The notes beneath the pieces were generated by a model. The model ran no database searches and was not told where the DNA came from. It was given only the letters and a program-made list of their open reading frames with translations. This document shows, in pieces, positions 13,313-25,191 of a stretch of 64,000 nucleotides of DNA. Position 1 is the first letter of the stretch. Each line of letters starts with the position of its first letter. The DNA comes from Octopus sinensis. Taxonomy: Eukaryota. The stretch is taken from assembly GCF_006345805.1 (NCBI RefSeq), contig NC_042998.1, forward strand, positions 167,772,001-167,836,000, read 5' to 3'. A program made the position numbers and the translations under genes.

Positions 13313-14407
13313 CATACATACTTATATACATACATACATACATATATACATATATATTTATTTATATTACGGGCATTACTTTTTAATGAGCTCGCTTCGA
13401 GAGTTGCATTCCCTCGCGTTTGGTACATTGTGTTTATTATAGTAGTTTTGATGTTAAGAGTCTCTCGTAACGTGAGGCATTTATGTATGCTCTTAATGTA
13501 TGCCCTTAATATAAATAAATATATTCAAAGGGAATAATAAAAAAAATTTCCCCTTTTGAGGTTTTTTTCACGGTACTTGATAAATTCTTGCTCGACTTGT
13601 TTAGAAATAATTGCTATTTTCCCTGATATCTCTCATCGTTAAAAAAAAAGTTACAGATTCTTATCGTCTTATATAATATCGTTGTACAAATGTGCGAAAT
13701 CCCGTCGAATCCGCGTGTCTTTGTATTTTCACGTAACTTAACAGTTTGGATTTCTCTGATACTGGATTTCTTAAATATAGTATGACTTGATAATGATGTT
13801 GAAAGAAAAAGGAAAAGCAGAGGTGTGGAATGTCTTGGATCACAGTCTGCTCGATCAGAGACAACTCGGGGAGCTAAACAACAACAGCAAAAGTGGAGGC
13901 GCAATAGCCAAGAACGCGGTTTCGATTCCCAGACCGGGCATTGTGAGTGTTTATTGAGCAAAAACACCTAAGCTCCACAAGGCTCTGGCGGGGAAGGGTG
14001 GTGAACCCCGCTGTACTCTTTCACCACAACTTTCTCTCACGCTTTCTTCCTACTTTTGCCACAAAGCAGAAGAACCATAGTGTAACCCACTATGGTGTGG
14101 TAAACTTTCAGATCCTAATCTAGATTGCAAATCCTCTGTACCACCCGTTAAAAAGCCACCGTTTACGGAATGAGAATAACCAATGTAGCTTTCGCGCCCG
14201 TGCAACCGCCAGACTTTCGCGTGTGGTGGGTGGATCTTTAAGTCGCCACACGCATTCTTAGTAGCTTAGAGTAGGCTCGAATTAGAGATTATTCTTTGTG
14301 ACTAATAGGGCGTGAGTCCTGATTGGAAGAAGAAGAGAAGAAGAAGAAGAAGAAGAAGAAGAAAACAGCAAAAAACAACAATGACAACGAAAACAGTAAA
14401 AGTTCCT

Positions 14408-14575
14408 ATGCAGGCATTGCTGTGTAGTTAAAAAATAGAAAACTCGCTTTGCAATCCCGTGATTTTGTATTCCGTCTCACTGCGCGGCACCTTCGGCAAG
14501 TGTCTTCTACTATAGCTCCGGGCCGACAAATACCTCGTGAATGAATTTGGTAGACAGAATCTGTGCGGAAGTCGG

Positions 14576-14615
<40 letters not shown>

Positions 14616-14810
14616 CAACTGGTTCACCGTTTGATGACTCGTGTTTGTTTGCTTACGTCCCCGTAACAAAGCGGTTCGGCGAAAGGAATAGATAAAATGA
14701 GTACTGCATTTTAAAAATAAGTGCTTTGTTCGATTCGACTTGTTCGACTAAACCCTTCAAGACGGTACCTCAGCAAGGCTGTAGTCTAATTACCGAAACA
14801 CGTAAAAGAT
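14408..14810 (+). mobile_element. SINE family A, diverged
   Basis: Head, CORE-like segment, (GT)n and tail recognisable. Confidence 0.8.
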
Positions 14811-14820
14811 TAGTATAAGG

Positions 14821-14950
14821 GACGAGCAACAGCAGCAGCAGCAGCCGTCCAAGAATTTGGACCTGGAGATCTCCATTTCCAGCGACTCCGAGGGCCACCT
14901 CCCAGTGGTGTCGGGCGTCGACGAAGAGCCCTCGACTACAAGACGACCAA
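14821..14950 (+). other. GC-rich, codon-structured segment (DEQQQQQQPSKNLDLEISISSDSEGHLPVVSGVDEEPSTT); strand uncertain
   Basis: High GC3 and open frames on both strands in an AT-rich background; a minus-strand acceptor TCTTGTAG| precedes 14935. Confidence 0.3.
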
Positions 14951-15044
14951 AGTTTTTTTTTTAAGGTCTGGGGTCTCCCGCCGCTAAGTCCTAGACCATC
15001 ACCTAATCACCCTTACCCGTCTTGTTGCTTAAGAACAACAACAA

Positions 15045-15092
<48 letters not shown>

Positions 15093-15176
15093 TAGTAGTT
15101 GTTGTTATTGTTGTTGTTGAACATTGTATATCTAGGACTATATTATCTAATATTTTCATTCCTTTGCAAGACTTAC

Positions 15177-15280
15177 GTTTCAAACGGAAGAATAATTTGG
15201 CTCTTAGTTGTAGCTGGTCGAGCAACGGCGCAGATACTTATCAGCGGTTTGTTTTGCTTGTGGTTATTATTGTTACCGTT
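15177..15280 (-). CDS. Candidate exon (coding NGNNNNHKQNKPLISICAVARPATTKSQIILPFET, or 5' UTR)
   Basis: Long polypyrimidine tract ending TTCCTTCTAG|, 104 nt with an open frame, AAC|GTAAGT consensus donor. Confidence 0.4.
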
Positions 15281-15389
15281 CTAGAAGGAAGAGGAATAGG
15301 TGAATGAAAGGAAAGGGAAGAGAAGGAAAAATCTGTAAAAGTAATATAAGAAAAGTTAATATTCAAGTGGTATAAATTGTTTAAATAAA

Positions 15390-15655
15390 ATTTCCGTCCG
15401 TAAATCTTAACCGGAAAGGTTTTTCGCTTGAAGCCGGAAACCAAAAGGCGGCTTTCTTAAGTCTTTTTCTGATATTTCTGTCACTCCAACCCTTTTTATT
15501 TTCAAACGGCAGCTGTATTTGAAAAATTTACTGATTGGCTCGCTGCATCACGGAAAAGTTAGTTTCTGGTTTTGATTTAAGATAAATATTCCTGTTTACG
15601 GAAGTAAAACATTTCTGGTTTTTCGAGTTTACACAAGGTTTAAGGAAGTAAACCT
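15390..15655. promoter_or_regulatory. Promoter-like cluster: four ETS-type GGAA motifs plus a CCAAT box
   Basis: CCGGAA at 15411 and 15434, CGGAAGT at 15599, GGAAGT at 15644, CTGATTGGCT at 15531-15540; locally CpG-enriched. Confidence 0.4.
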
Positions 15656-15829
15656 TTTATTTATTTACTTATTTATTTATTCAAATAACATAGCGATGCC
15701 ATGTTTAAAATGCATAATTAAAACGACAAAAGATGAGGTTATTTTTTAAAAACATACGAACAAATAGTTTATCTTTCGGAGACTTAGTGATAAATTATTC
15801 TAGTTTGGCATACAATGGCTTCAAATTTT

Positions 15830-16221
15830 GACACAAGGGAAAAGGGTTAGTCGATTACTTCGACTGGTACTTATTTTATTGACCCCAACAAGATGACAAA
15901 TAAAATCAACCTTGGCGAAATTTGAATTCAGAGCATAATGAATCTCACGAAATACCATGAAGCATTTTTACCGACGTTTTAACAATCCTGTCAACTTTGC
16001 CGCCTTGGCTTGCTGTACAATGATTTTAAATTTGGGTAACAGGCCAGCAATTTCAAGGAAGTGGGTAAGCTGATTACAGCGATCCCAGGATTCAACTGAT
16101 ACTTAGTTTATTCACCCCGAAAGGATAAAGGCAGGCAAAGTCAGCCTGGGCGGAATTAGAACTCAGAACGTGAAATCATTAGCACGGTATACGTGCTAAC
16201 GATTCTGCCAGCCTGCCGCCT
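15830..16221 (-). mobile_element. Two diverged SINE family B copies
   Basis: Reverse-complement family B motifs. Confidence 0.75.
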
Positions 16222-16863
16222 TAATTTGCTTATAGTATTTAACATGACTGATATTTGAACTTTAAGGATTTTTTTTTATGTTGTTGATAACTGAATGATA
16301 TAATATTCTATTGTGTTTAATCTTGAGATCTAAAGTTCAATTCGATATTTTAAAGAAAGTATGCACTTAATAAACTCAGGAGGGTCATAACTAGAATGAA
16401 GTTAGCCTCTACTAGTATGTGAACACAGTTATACATTTGATAGCAACTCGATAGCGACCGCGCCTTGTTCCGTGCTACAAACTTCCTGTTTTGAAGTGAT
16501 CTGAATTAAAACCTTCTGCTAAAAACCTGTCAACTGTAATTTGTTGTTTTGAAAATTAGTTGAAATAAAAGCAGACTAATTCCACTTTATTATTGTTATT
16601 GTTATTTAACCGCAAGTCTATCAATTCTTATTCCAGTCGTGACATTTTATCTTTTGAGTGAGATTGCCTTGAGCATTCTCTGTAAGTCGCTTGATGTGTA
16701 CCTTGAAAGAGATTTGACTGCCGTTTCTAATGAGTCGAGCGACTACGTAGAAGCTCTCTTGTATGGACAAAGATGGCAGAGATGAACTCTTATAAATAAT
16801 AATGGGATCCAAAATATTTTAGAATGGGGATACGCAGTGGTATTGAGCCAAAATGTATTATTA

Positions 16864-17235
16864 GGCGCAGGCATGGCTGTGTGGTTTAGAAGCTCGCTTG
16901 CAAGCTTTTGGTTTTGGGTTCAGTCCCACTGTGCAGCACCTTGGGCAAGTGTCTTCTACTATAGCCCCCGACCAGCCAATCAATGACTTGGTAGTGAATT
17001 TGTTTGACAGAAATTGTGCGGACTCCCACCGTGTATATATGAGCATATCTTTGTATCTGTGACACCTTGTTTGTTGACTACCGGTGTTGGTCTCTCGTAA
17101 CTTAACAGTTTGGCAAAGGACACCGATAGAATAAGTACAAGATAAGGACCGGGGTCGATTTGTTTGACCAAATTTCTTCAAGGCGGCGCCTCAAACATGC
17201 CTGCAGTCCAACGACTGAAATAAATAAAAGATAAT
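16864..17235 (+). mobile_element. SINE family A, diverged
   Basis: Head and tail recognisable. Confidence 0.8.
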
Positions 17236-17249
17236 CACTAGAATTGGTT

Positions 17250-17453
17250 CCCTGTACGAAGTTTTGTCAGTGAACAGGTCGCGGTCTCAAAGCGACGAAC
17301 ATATTTTGACAAATTAAATTTAAATGTTGAAGTGAATCTAACGGTTTCGTGTGTTTCTTAAATGGCTTATAAACACCTTCCACGCTGCAATTGTTTCCGT
17401 TCCAGCACACGATCTCAGATCAAGTCACTCGCTATGCAAGTACATCTCCGTAA
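17250..17453 (+). mobile_element. Partial MITE, right TIR (CAAGTACATCTCCGTAA)
   Basis: Homologous to 5160-5300; ends in TIR followed by ATA. Confidence 0.65.
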
Positions 17454-18670
17454 ATAATGACTATTAAATAACGTCAAAGTCGTGTCTCAAAATCTCAGTT
17501 TTATTTCAGTTTTATCTCACATAAAATTTTGATAGTAACAACCTAATTGACGAGCCAATAAGAAAATATCTACATTGTCGTTCCACCCACTAAATAACAT
17601 CAAAATTTAAAATACCAGATAAGGACTCCGGTCCTTATCTTGTACTTATTCTATCGGTGTCCTTTGCCAAACTGTTAGGTTACGAGAGACAAACAACGTG
17701 TCACAGATACAAAGATATGCTTACTAGCTTTAAAAGGGAAGAATACATCAGATAAAGTAATCTGAGATACATCATATAAGAAAAATAGTATGTTCACAGA
17801 TAGAATTTTGGCTATAGGCTTGACCTGTAGCTAAACAATCGTTTCAAAGTTGGGCAAAAGACCAGCAATTTTAGGGGAAGGGAGCTAATCAATTACATTG
17901 CCTACTCGAGGTGTTCTACTGATATGAAACGTCGATGGGAGAGCCTCGTAAGATGTTCGCTCTTAACATGTGAATATTGGTCTCACTTTTGATCATTTGT
18001 ATTTGTTTTTATTCTATGTTACTTAGCGAATTTTGTGCGATATGTGATAGCATGCGACATTATAAGGCCGTTTTAATGAATGTTAATCTCCGTCTTCCTA
18101 CATTCTATTTCGAGGATGCCTATCAGTGTCACTATTTTTGCGTGTATCCAGTTGAGGGTTTTGCAGGTTTTAATATCAGTGGCTCGAAATTTCTCTGTAA
18201 CACGAGCAAGTATTCAAAATCTTAGTACCACTTCTTGTATGGCATTGTGGGATATTTCCGCTATGTATTGAAACTCTGGAGTTGATGATATGTGTTTATG
18301 TGCTCTTCATTAAGACGGCTAGGTATTTTATTGTTTAGCCCCAGCCTATCTTTGTTCGGTTAAAGTAATTCATTAAAAACCTTTTATTGGTAACTATCAT
18401 AAATTTTGTATGCTAAGGACTGTATTATCTCAAGTATACTTCAATCTATTAAAACAAAATGTTGCGATTTAGTGGAAATTTAGCTGCTATTTCTGTCAGT
18501 TCATTTAAGACTGATAGAGATAACTATGTAGATATTCTCTTGTTGGCTCACTGCTTAAAATTCTGCGTCGGGTTGTAAACTGAAATTTAGAAATTCAAGT
18601 TGATATTTTCAAGTATTAAAATAGATTTTTAGATGTATTATAATGAAATCATGCTAATTTTCTTTTATTG

Positions 18671-18834
18671 TTTTACTTGTATGAGTCGTTCGACTGAGGC
18701 CATGCTGGAGCACCGCCTTTAGTCGAACAAATCGACCTCAGGACTTATTCTTTGTAAGCGAAGTACTTATTCTATCGGTCTCTTTTGCCGAAGCGCTAGA
18801 AGACGGTTGTCAAGCGATGGTGGAGGAACACACG

Positions 18835-18899
<65 letters not shown>

Positions 18900-19056
18900 C
18901 GGACTTTCAGTTTACGTCTACCAAATCCACCCACAAGGCTTTGATCGGCCCGTGGCTATAGGAAAAGACACTTGCCCAAGGTGCCACGCAGTGGGACTGA
19001 AGCCGGAACCATGTGGTTGGTAAGCAAGCTTCTTACCACACATCCACTCTTGCGCC
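18671..19056 (-). mobile_element. SINE family A
   Basis: Reverse-complement match with internal (CA)n. Confidence 0.88.
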
Positions 19057-19308
19057 TGAAATCGTAAAAAAATGTCTGAACTCGCCAAAACATGGTTATT
19101 ATGAATGCACTAAGACGATAACAGATTTTCATTTTCTCATAAACACAGGTTTTGTAAAAACAACTAAATCTTATTTTAGACAGATATAAAACTTATTAAT
19201 CTAGTGAAAATACTTATATATTCCAGATGCTACGTTCTTCAGGGAAAAATCATTATCTTTTATGTTGTACTAGTTTCAGTCACTGAAATGCGACCATACC
19301 GGCAAGGT

Positions 19309-19980
19309 CGTCGTCGTCGTCTTCTTCTTTTTCTTCTTCTTCTTCTTCTTCTTCTTCTTCTTCTTCTTCTTCTTCTTGCGCTTCCTCTTCCCCCTCTTCC
19401 TCTTCCCCCTCTTCCTCTTCCCCCTCTTCCTCTTCCCCTCCCCCTCCTCCACTTCTTCTTCTTCTACCCCCCTCTTCCACTTCCCCCTCCTCTTCTTTTT
19501 TTCTTCTTCTTCTTCTACCCCCTCTTCTTCTTCCCCTCCTCCACTTCTTCTTCTTCTTCTTCTTCTACCCCCTCTTATTCTTCCCCTCCTCCTCCTCCCC
19601 TTCTTCTTTTTCTTCTTCTTCTTTTACCCTCTTCTTCTTCCCCTCCACCTCCTCTTCCTCCTCTTCTTCTTCTTCTTCTACTACCCTCTTCTTCCTCTTC
19701 CCCTCTTCTTCTTCTTCTTCTTCTTCTTCTACTACCCTCCTCTTCCTCTTCCCCTCTTCTTCTTCTTCTTCTTCTGCTTCTACTACCCGCCTCTTCCTCT
19801 TCCCCCTCTTCTTCTTCTTCTTCTTCTTTTCTTCTTCTTCTTCTACTACCCGCCTCTTCCGCTTCCCCCTCTTCTTCTTCTTCTTCTTCTCTTCTTCTTC
19901 TTTTTCTTCTTCTTCTTCTTCTTCTTCTTCTTCTTCTTCTTCTTCTTCTTCTTCTTCTTCTTCTTCTCTTCTTCTTCTTT
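19309..19980. repeat. Compound (CTT)n/(CCT)n polypyrimidine tract with higher-order units
   Basis: Direct reading; recurring CTTCTTCTACCCCCTCTTC units. Confidence 0.95.
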
Positions 19981-20192
19981 GTAAATCAATTTATTATGTT
20001 CATCAAGTTTATTTTATCTCACTTATTAAAATATTCCTTTCCCAATCTACAGGCTGTATATTTCTCAGAAGTAATTCGTTATCTTTCAGAAGTTAGCAAG
20101 TTCGAACGTAAGCAAGTATGTGTATGTATGTATGTATGTATGTATGTATGTATGTATGTATGTATGTATGTATGTATGTATGGGTGTGTAGT

Positions 20193-20231
<39 letters not shown>

Positions 20232-20708
20232 TCCGTGTCAGTGTGTGAACATTTGTTATCTCTCTACCTTTGTCACTCATATTCTAATTGTTGTCAAGCA
20301 ATAAAGATTGACACACACACACATTACGATGGGATTCCGCACAGTTTCCGTCTATGAAAATCATTCTTAAGGTATTAGTCGGCTAGGGTTATAGTAAAAG
20401 ACACTTACCCAAAGTTTCACCGCACCTTAGCAGTTCGACAGACCCCAACATACACAAAGCAACGCCGGTTTTCAAGAGTTGAGTGGTTACGAAGATTAAC
20501 ACAAACACTCACAGATATATTATAACGGGCTTTCACACAGTTTCAGTCTATCACATTCACTCACAAGGTATTAGTCAGCACGAGACTATCGTAAAAGATA
20601 CTTTTTCCAAGATGTCACCGCACTTAGCGGTTCGGCAAAAGACACGAATGGAATAAATGTCAAACTTTTGAAAACAATAATTACGAGGGTCGATTTGTTC
20701 GCCTGAGT

Positions 20709-21503
20709 CAGTGATTCTGAATTGGGCTTCGTATGAGCCCGGGGGTCCATATATATTTGGGGGCCCACACAAGCAAAATAATAAATTGGGGATCTACAGT
20801 AGTAATTTAAGGGTTCCAAAAATATGTGGCTTCGCTTGTATTTATTGCAAGAAGCGGATAGGGTTCTTTCTCTAACACTTTACGTAGTTCAATATGTTTC
20901 CAGCTACTGAAACATACTCTCTGATAGAGTGTTATTATAAACTTACACAAGGAGGCGCAGGAGTGGCTGTGTGGTAAGTAGCTTGCTAACCAACCACATG
21001 GTTCCGGGTTCAGTCCCACTGCGTGGCATCTTGGGCAAGTGTCTTCTGCTATAGCCCCGGGCCAACCAATGCCTTGTGAGTGGATTTGGTAGACGGAAAC
21101 TGAAAGAAGCCTGTCGTATATATGTATGTGTGTGTGTTTGTGTGTGTGTGTGTGTTTGTTCCCCTAGCATTGCTTGACAACCGATGCTGGTGTGTTTACG
21201 TCCCTGTTACTTAGAGGTTCGGCAAAAGAGACCGATAGAATAAGTACTGGGCTTACAAAGAATAAGTCCCGGGGTCGATTTGCTCGACTAAAGGCGGTGC
21301 TCCAGCATGGCCGCAGTCAAATGACTGAAACAAGTAAAAGAGTAAAAAGAGTAAAAGAGTAAGTGAATAACTGAAAAACAAAGTAGGAATTTTGAAAAAA
21401 GTATCTAAAGAAGTTAGTTTTTAAACATCGAATGGCTCTGAGGGCCCACCAGAATAAAACAGTAATCAAAGGGGTCCATAGGCAAAATGGTTGAGAACCA
21501 CTG
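20709..21503 (+). mobile_element. hAT-Charlie-like MITE interrupted by a family A SINE
   Basis: Right TIR GGTTGAGAACCACTG (21489-21503), degenerate left TIR CAGTGATTCTGAA (20709); no matching 8-bp TSD. Confidence 0.5.
20954..21362 (+). mobile_element. SINE family A (young, full length)
   Basis: Complete head to (AAAAGAGT)n tail. Confidence 0.92.
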
Positions 21504-21720
21504 GTTTAACTTTGGATGTATGGAAGCCTTGAAATGTACTTTCTCGAATGATGTCACGTCATCATTGAACTATAGTTAAAATTATAAGTAGTAGACCAAA
21601 AAAATAAGGGAATTTTCATAATTGTGAAATCATGAGGAAAGTCCTGTTGTTAAAAATAAAGCTCTTATTGATCCTGTTAATGGTCAGGGTCTAAATTCAA
21701 CTAAATGAAATGGATTTCGA

Positions 21721-21860
21721 GTTGACCTAGCTATTTTCTCACTTCACTTAGCAGGTATTTCATCAATTCTTGGAGCCATCAACTTTATTACAACCATTAT
21801 TAATATACGATGAGAAGGAATATTAATAGAACGACTCCCATTATTTGTATGATCTGTCTT
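21721..21860 (+). pseudogene. cox1: NUMT: nuclear copy of a mitochondrial cox1 fragment
   Basis: Code 5 translation [46 protein letters not shown] is the COI barcode-region motif; two in-frame TGA read as W. Confidence 0.95.
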
Positions 21861-22514
21861 CAAAGCGGTGCCCCAGCATGGTCGTAAAACCCGTAAGGAT
21901 AAATAGAGAAGTTTATTCAAATAATAAATCCTTCCTACCGACCAACGATTGGATATTTTTCCAGCAGCCAAAATAACACTGTTGGCACTCATCCGCGACT
22001 GATGTTCTTAGGTAAGTTATTTGATGGATTGAGAAAGGGTTCTGCACCAAACCAATTCAATCTGCAGCCTCCAAACATGCCATCTCATTCCTCCAATTAT
22101 TCGACCGCTTCTACGACTACATTTGTTTCCCGGAATTAATCGATTATATAAAACCACAACTATAACCATCTAAATCCATAAATATCCGTGCACCCCGCCC
22201 TCGACTCGTTGATTTTGTGTTTTACCCTGTAGAGGCTACTCAAATCATTATGTGCAAACTTTTCTTCCTACATGGTAAACATGCAGGAATTCTTTTTCTG
22301 CATTCGTCAATTTGCATGTCTTCAAACTGAACACCCACTTCATCAATTTTACATGTCTCGAAGAACCCATGAAATTCACAAGTACAACCAATCTTTCTCT
22401 ATTTTATGGCACATCGGTTATCTCTGTCTACCCCCCTCTCTCGCTCTCTCTTGCACACAGATGCACATGTGTACACTCACACACACACACACCCATATAT
22501 ATATATATAATCGT

Positions 22515-22564
<50 letters not shown>

Positions 22565-22789
22565 TACATATGTACATACTACATACATACATACATACAT
22601 ACATACATACATACATACATACATACATCATATATATATGTATACAAAAATGGGACAAGAACGGGTCATTCAGAGTTTTCTTTCCTCAGTCGAGTTCCAG
22701 ATTATCTTTGCAATTTCGGCTGGTTATACTCCAGATTATTCCAATCTGGCCAGCCCCAAGGAAAAAATAGGCTAATAGCACTAGATTCC

Positions 22790-22975
22790 ATGGAAGAAAA
22801 CAAGCGAAAACAAGGGCGGAAAAAATGGAGAAATGGTACACAAATACAAATAACAGAACATTAACAACATGTGTCTTTCGACTAAGGACGAATTAAATTA
22901 AGCTGGAGTGTGTGGAAGTAAAGCCTTACGGCAGCGACATAAGGTTTGACGGGCACAGGGAGGAATAAAGATGTT
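22790..22975 (-). repeat. Unclassified dispersed repeat, second copy at ~25785-25925 (+)
   Basis: Shared GCT.CCGTAAGGCTTTACTTCCACAC...CCAGCTTAATTTAATTCGTCCTTAGT.GAAAG...GTTATTTGTATTTGTGTACCATTTCTCC. Confidence 0.75.
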
Positions 22976-23577
22976 GCACGGATGGTAGTCGAACCTAGAA
23001 AGAAAGGTCAGGTTTGGCCGAACACCGGTCACGTGGAGAGAGAAGAAAGAAAGGGAGAGGCAGAGTGATAGAAGAATTAAGGAGGAGCGAGAAAAAAGGG
23101 ACAGAGTGAAGCGAAAGAGGAAGGAAGGTGAGCATGAAGAGAAGGCCAGGAAATATGAGAGAAGGGGAACGAAAGAACGAAGAGTGGAATGAACGAAGTA
23201 AGTGTGAAGGGGCTGAGAGAAAGAAGGAAAGAAGGAAAGAATAGAAAGAATAATAGAGTCGTACAAAATTTAAATATAAATATATAAGTTGATCTCGATT
23301 TCCATATTATATATATATATACATATATGATATGGAAATCGTGATCAACTTTGCTTTTCATTATTTCATTTTGGAGACGATAAATAAAGTACCACTCCTG
23401 CACTTCTTTCTCTCTCTCTCTTCCTCTTTCTCTCTCCCGTTTCTGAGATAAATCGCCCGTATCAAGATCTGGAAAGGAATAAGTTGCTCGAAGCTTTAAA
23501 ATGAGCAAAGCAAAACATATACCATAAAGACATCTCGACGCATCTTTCAGCAGTCCACAGCATGCAAACATACATAC

Positions 23578-23579
<2 letters not shown>

Positions 23580-23638
<59 letters not shown>

Positions 23639-23662
23639 TATATATATATATATATATATATC

Positions 23663-23743
<81 letters not shown>

Positions 23744-23789
23744 TATATACACACACACGTACATATATACACGTATGTAAGAATGTATG

Positions 23790-23821
<32 letters not shown>

Positions 23822-23894
23822 CATATCTCTGTATATATGTATGCATACATATATATATATACATACACAAACACACATACACACGTATATATGC

Positions 23895-23929
<35 letters not shown>

Positions 23930-23990
23930 GTATATATGTATGTATATATATGTGTGATGTGTGTATACATATGTGTTAGATATATATGTG
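23580..23990. repeat. (TA)n/(TATG)n/(CA)n microsatellite mosaic
   Basis: Direct reading. Confidence 0.95.
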
Positions 23991-24423
23991 CGCGCGTGTT
24001 TGTGCACGTGTGAGAGCTTATGTGTGAATGTACGTATGTGTACTAGAAAAAGAGATATTTATACGGTGTCATACTGTTGCCCATATGGTGCGTGCACTAT
24101 GCACAAGTCAAAGACACGCAGCTCTAGCTGTTCTGTTCCCCCTTGCTAAAAATAGACAAATACAGATAACGGCCAAAAACAGCTGGGTACGATGTATTTG
24201 TTTTTATTTCTTCTTAATCTTAGTGTTCTGAGTTCAAGTCTTCCAGTGAATATAAAGACTACAATGAGAAACTCCCATCCCGTTCAAGTTCTCATCGTCA
24301 TAGCGGAGACTCCGTTCATCTATCTCAATTTTGCTACTGGACGAGTAGGGGTGAATTCTAATCTTGAGGTGTTTGAAATATTTGATTATATCTTAGTAGG
24401 CTATACTTTCTATTTATTCCACA

Positions 24424-24830
24424 TCTATTATATAAAACCCGTTTTGTCTGTCTGTGTGTGTGTGTCTTCTAGGATCTCGGGCATCCTGCATCTGATGTAG
24501 ATACCGACGGTATCAGGGCGTGTATAAGTCTTGAAAAAATTACAAAAATCGATTCCAGGTGAGAATGTGATTGATAAAGCCGTGGGAACGTGCATTTGTA
24601 CGCGCAAGTACATCAGCTGTTGCGATCGATACTACGCGTACGCGAGAAAAATGCACTTGCAGTTTGCGCAAAAAAAGCCGGCTGGCTTGAAATAATGCCA
24701 CAAAATGCAGTATATTTAAGAGACCAAAAATGTAAGATGCAAAAGAGATATATTTTCTTCAAACTTGGCATGAAGGAAGGAAAGACTATTTGGTTTCTCA
24801 AGAAGTTTTTTTTTTGCCTTAACTTTGTTT
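24424..24830 (+). mobile_element. Helitron-like non-autonomous element, 5' part
   Basis: A|TCTATTATATAAAA...TGTCTGTCTGTGTG is a typical Helitron 5' end; no 3' CTRR/hairpin found. Confidence 0.45.
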
Positions 24831-25154
24831 AACAAAACCAAAAATTTTATTGAAATAAAGCATGCTTAATTATTTTTTGATGAAAAGAAAACACTGATTG
24901 CTGTTTATTCAGCAGATAAGATTCAGCACCATTCACTGGACGGAGTGGGGGGTGTTTTGCTCGTATTAGATAGAGAGCAAATGATAGTGAAGGGTGTGAT
25001 GGAAAGAAAGAGGAGAAAATAGAAAGTGTCTGTGTATAACGAATGGATGCGCATTGCTGTACATCCATTGTCAACTTGGATTCGAACAATGTAGCTAAAT
25101 CTATGCTATGACCGAAAGTCATGGCACTCCATGGGAAGTCCTAAACTTGTGTGA

Positions 25155-25191
<37 letters not shown>

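Noticed and set aside
19204-20304. Longest ORF (366 aa) and other long ORF-track entries rich in YI, HT, CV, L or S runs
   Set aside because: Translations of microsatellites or SINE bodies with no protein-like complexity.
21882-21930. Possible second mitochondrial fragment beside the NUMT
   Set aside because: Cannot match any frame to a mitochondrial protein I recognise.
24240-24345. Protein-like frames on both strands (KLPSRSSSHRHSGDS; KIEIDERSLRYDDENLNGM)
   Set aside because: No convincing donor site and no family recognised.
24491-24520. CTGATGTAGATACC-GAC-GGTATC hairpin as a hammerhead
   Set aside because: No GAAA after the stem; core ends in T.
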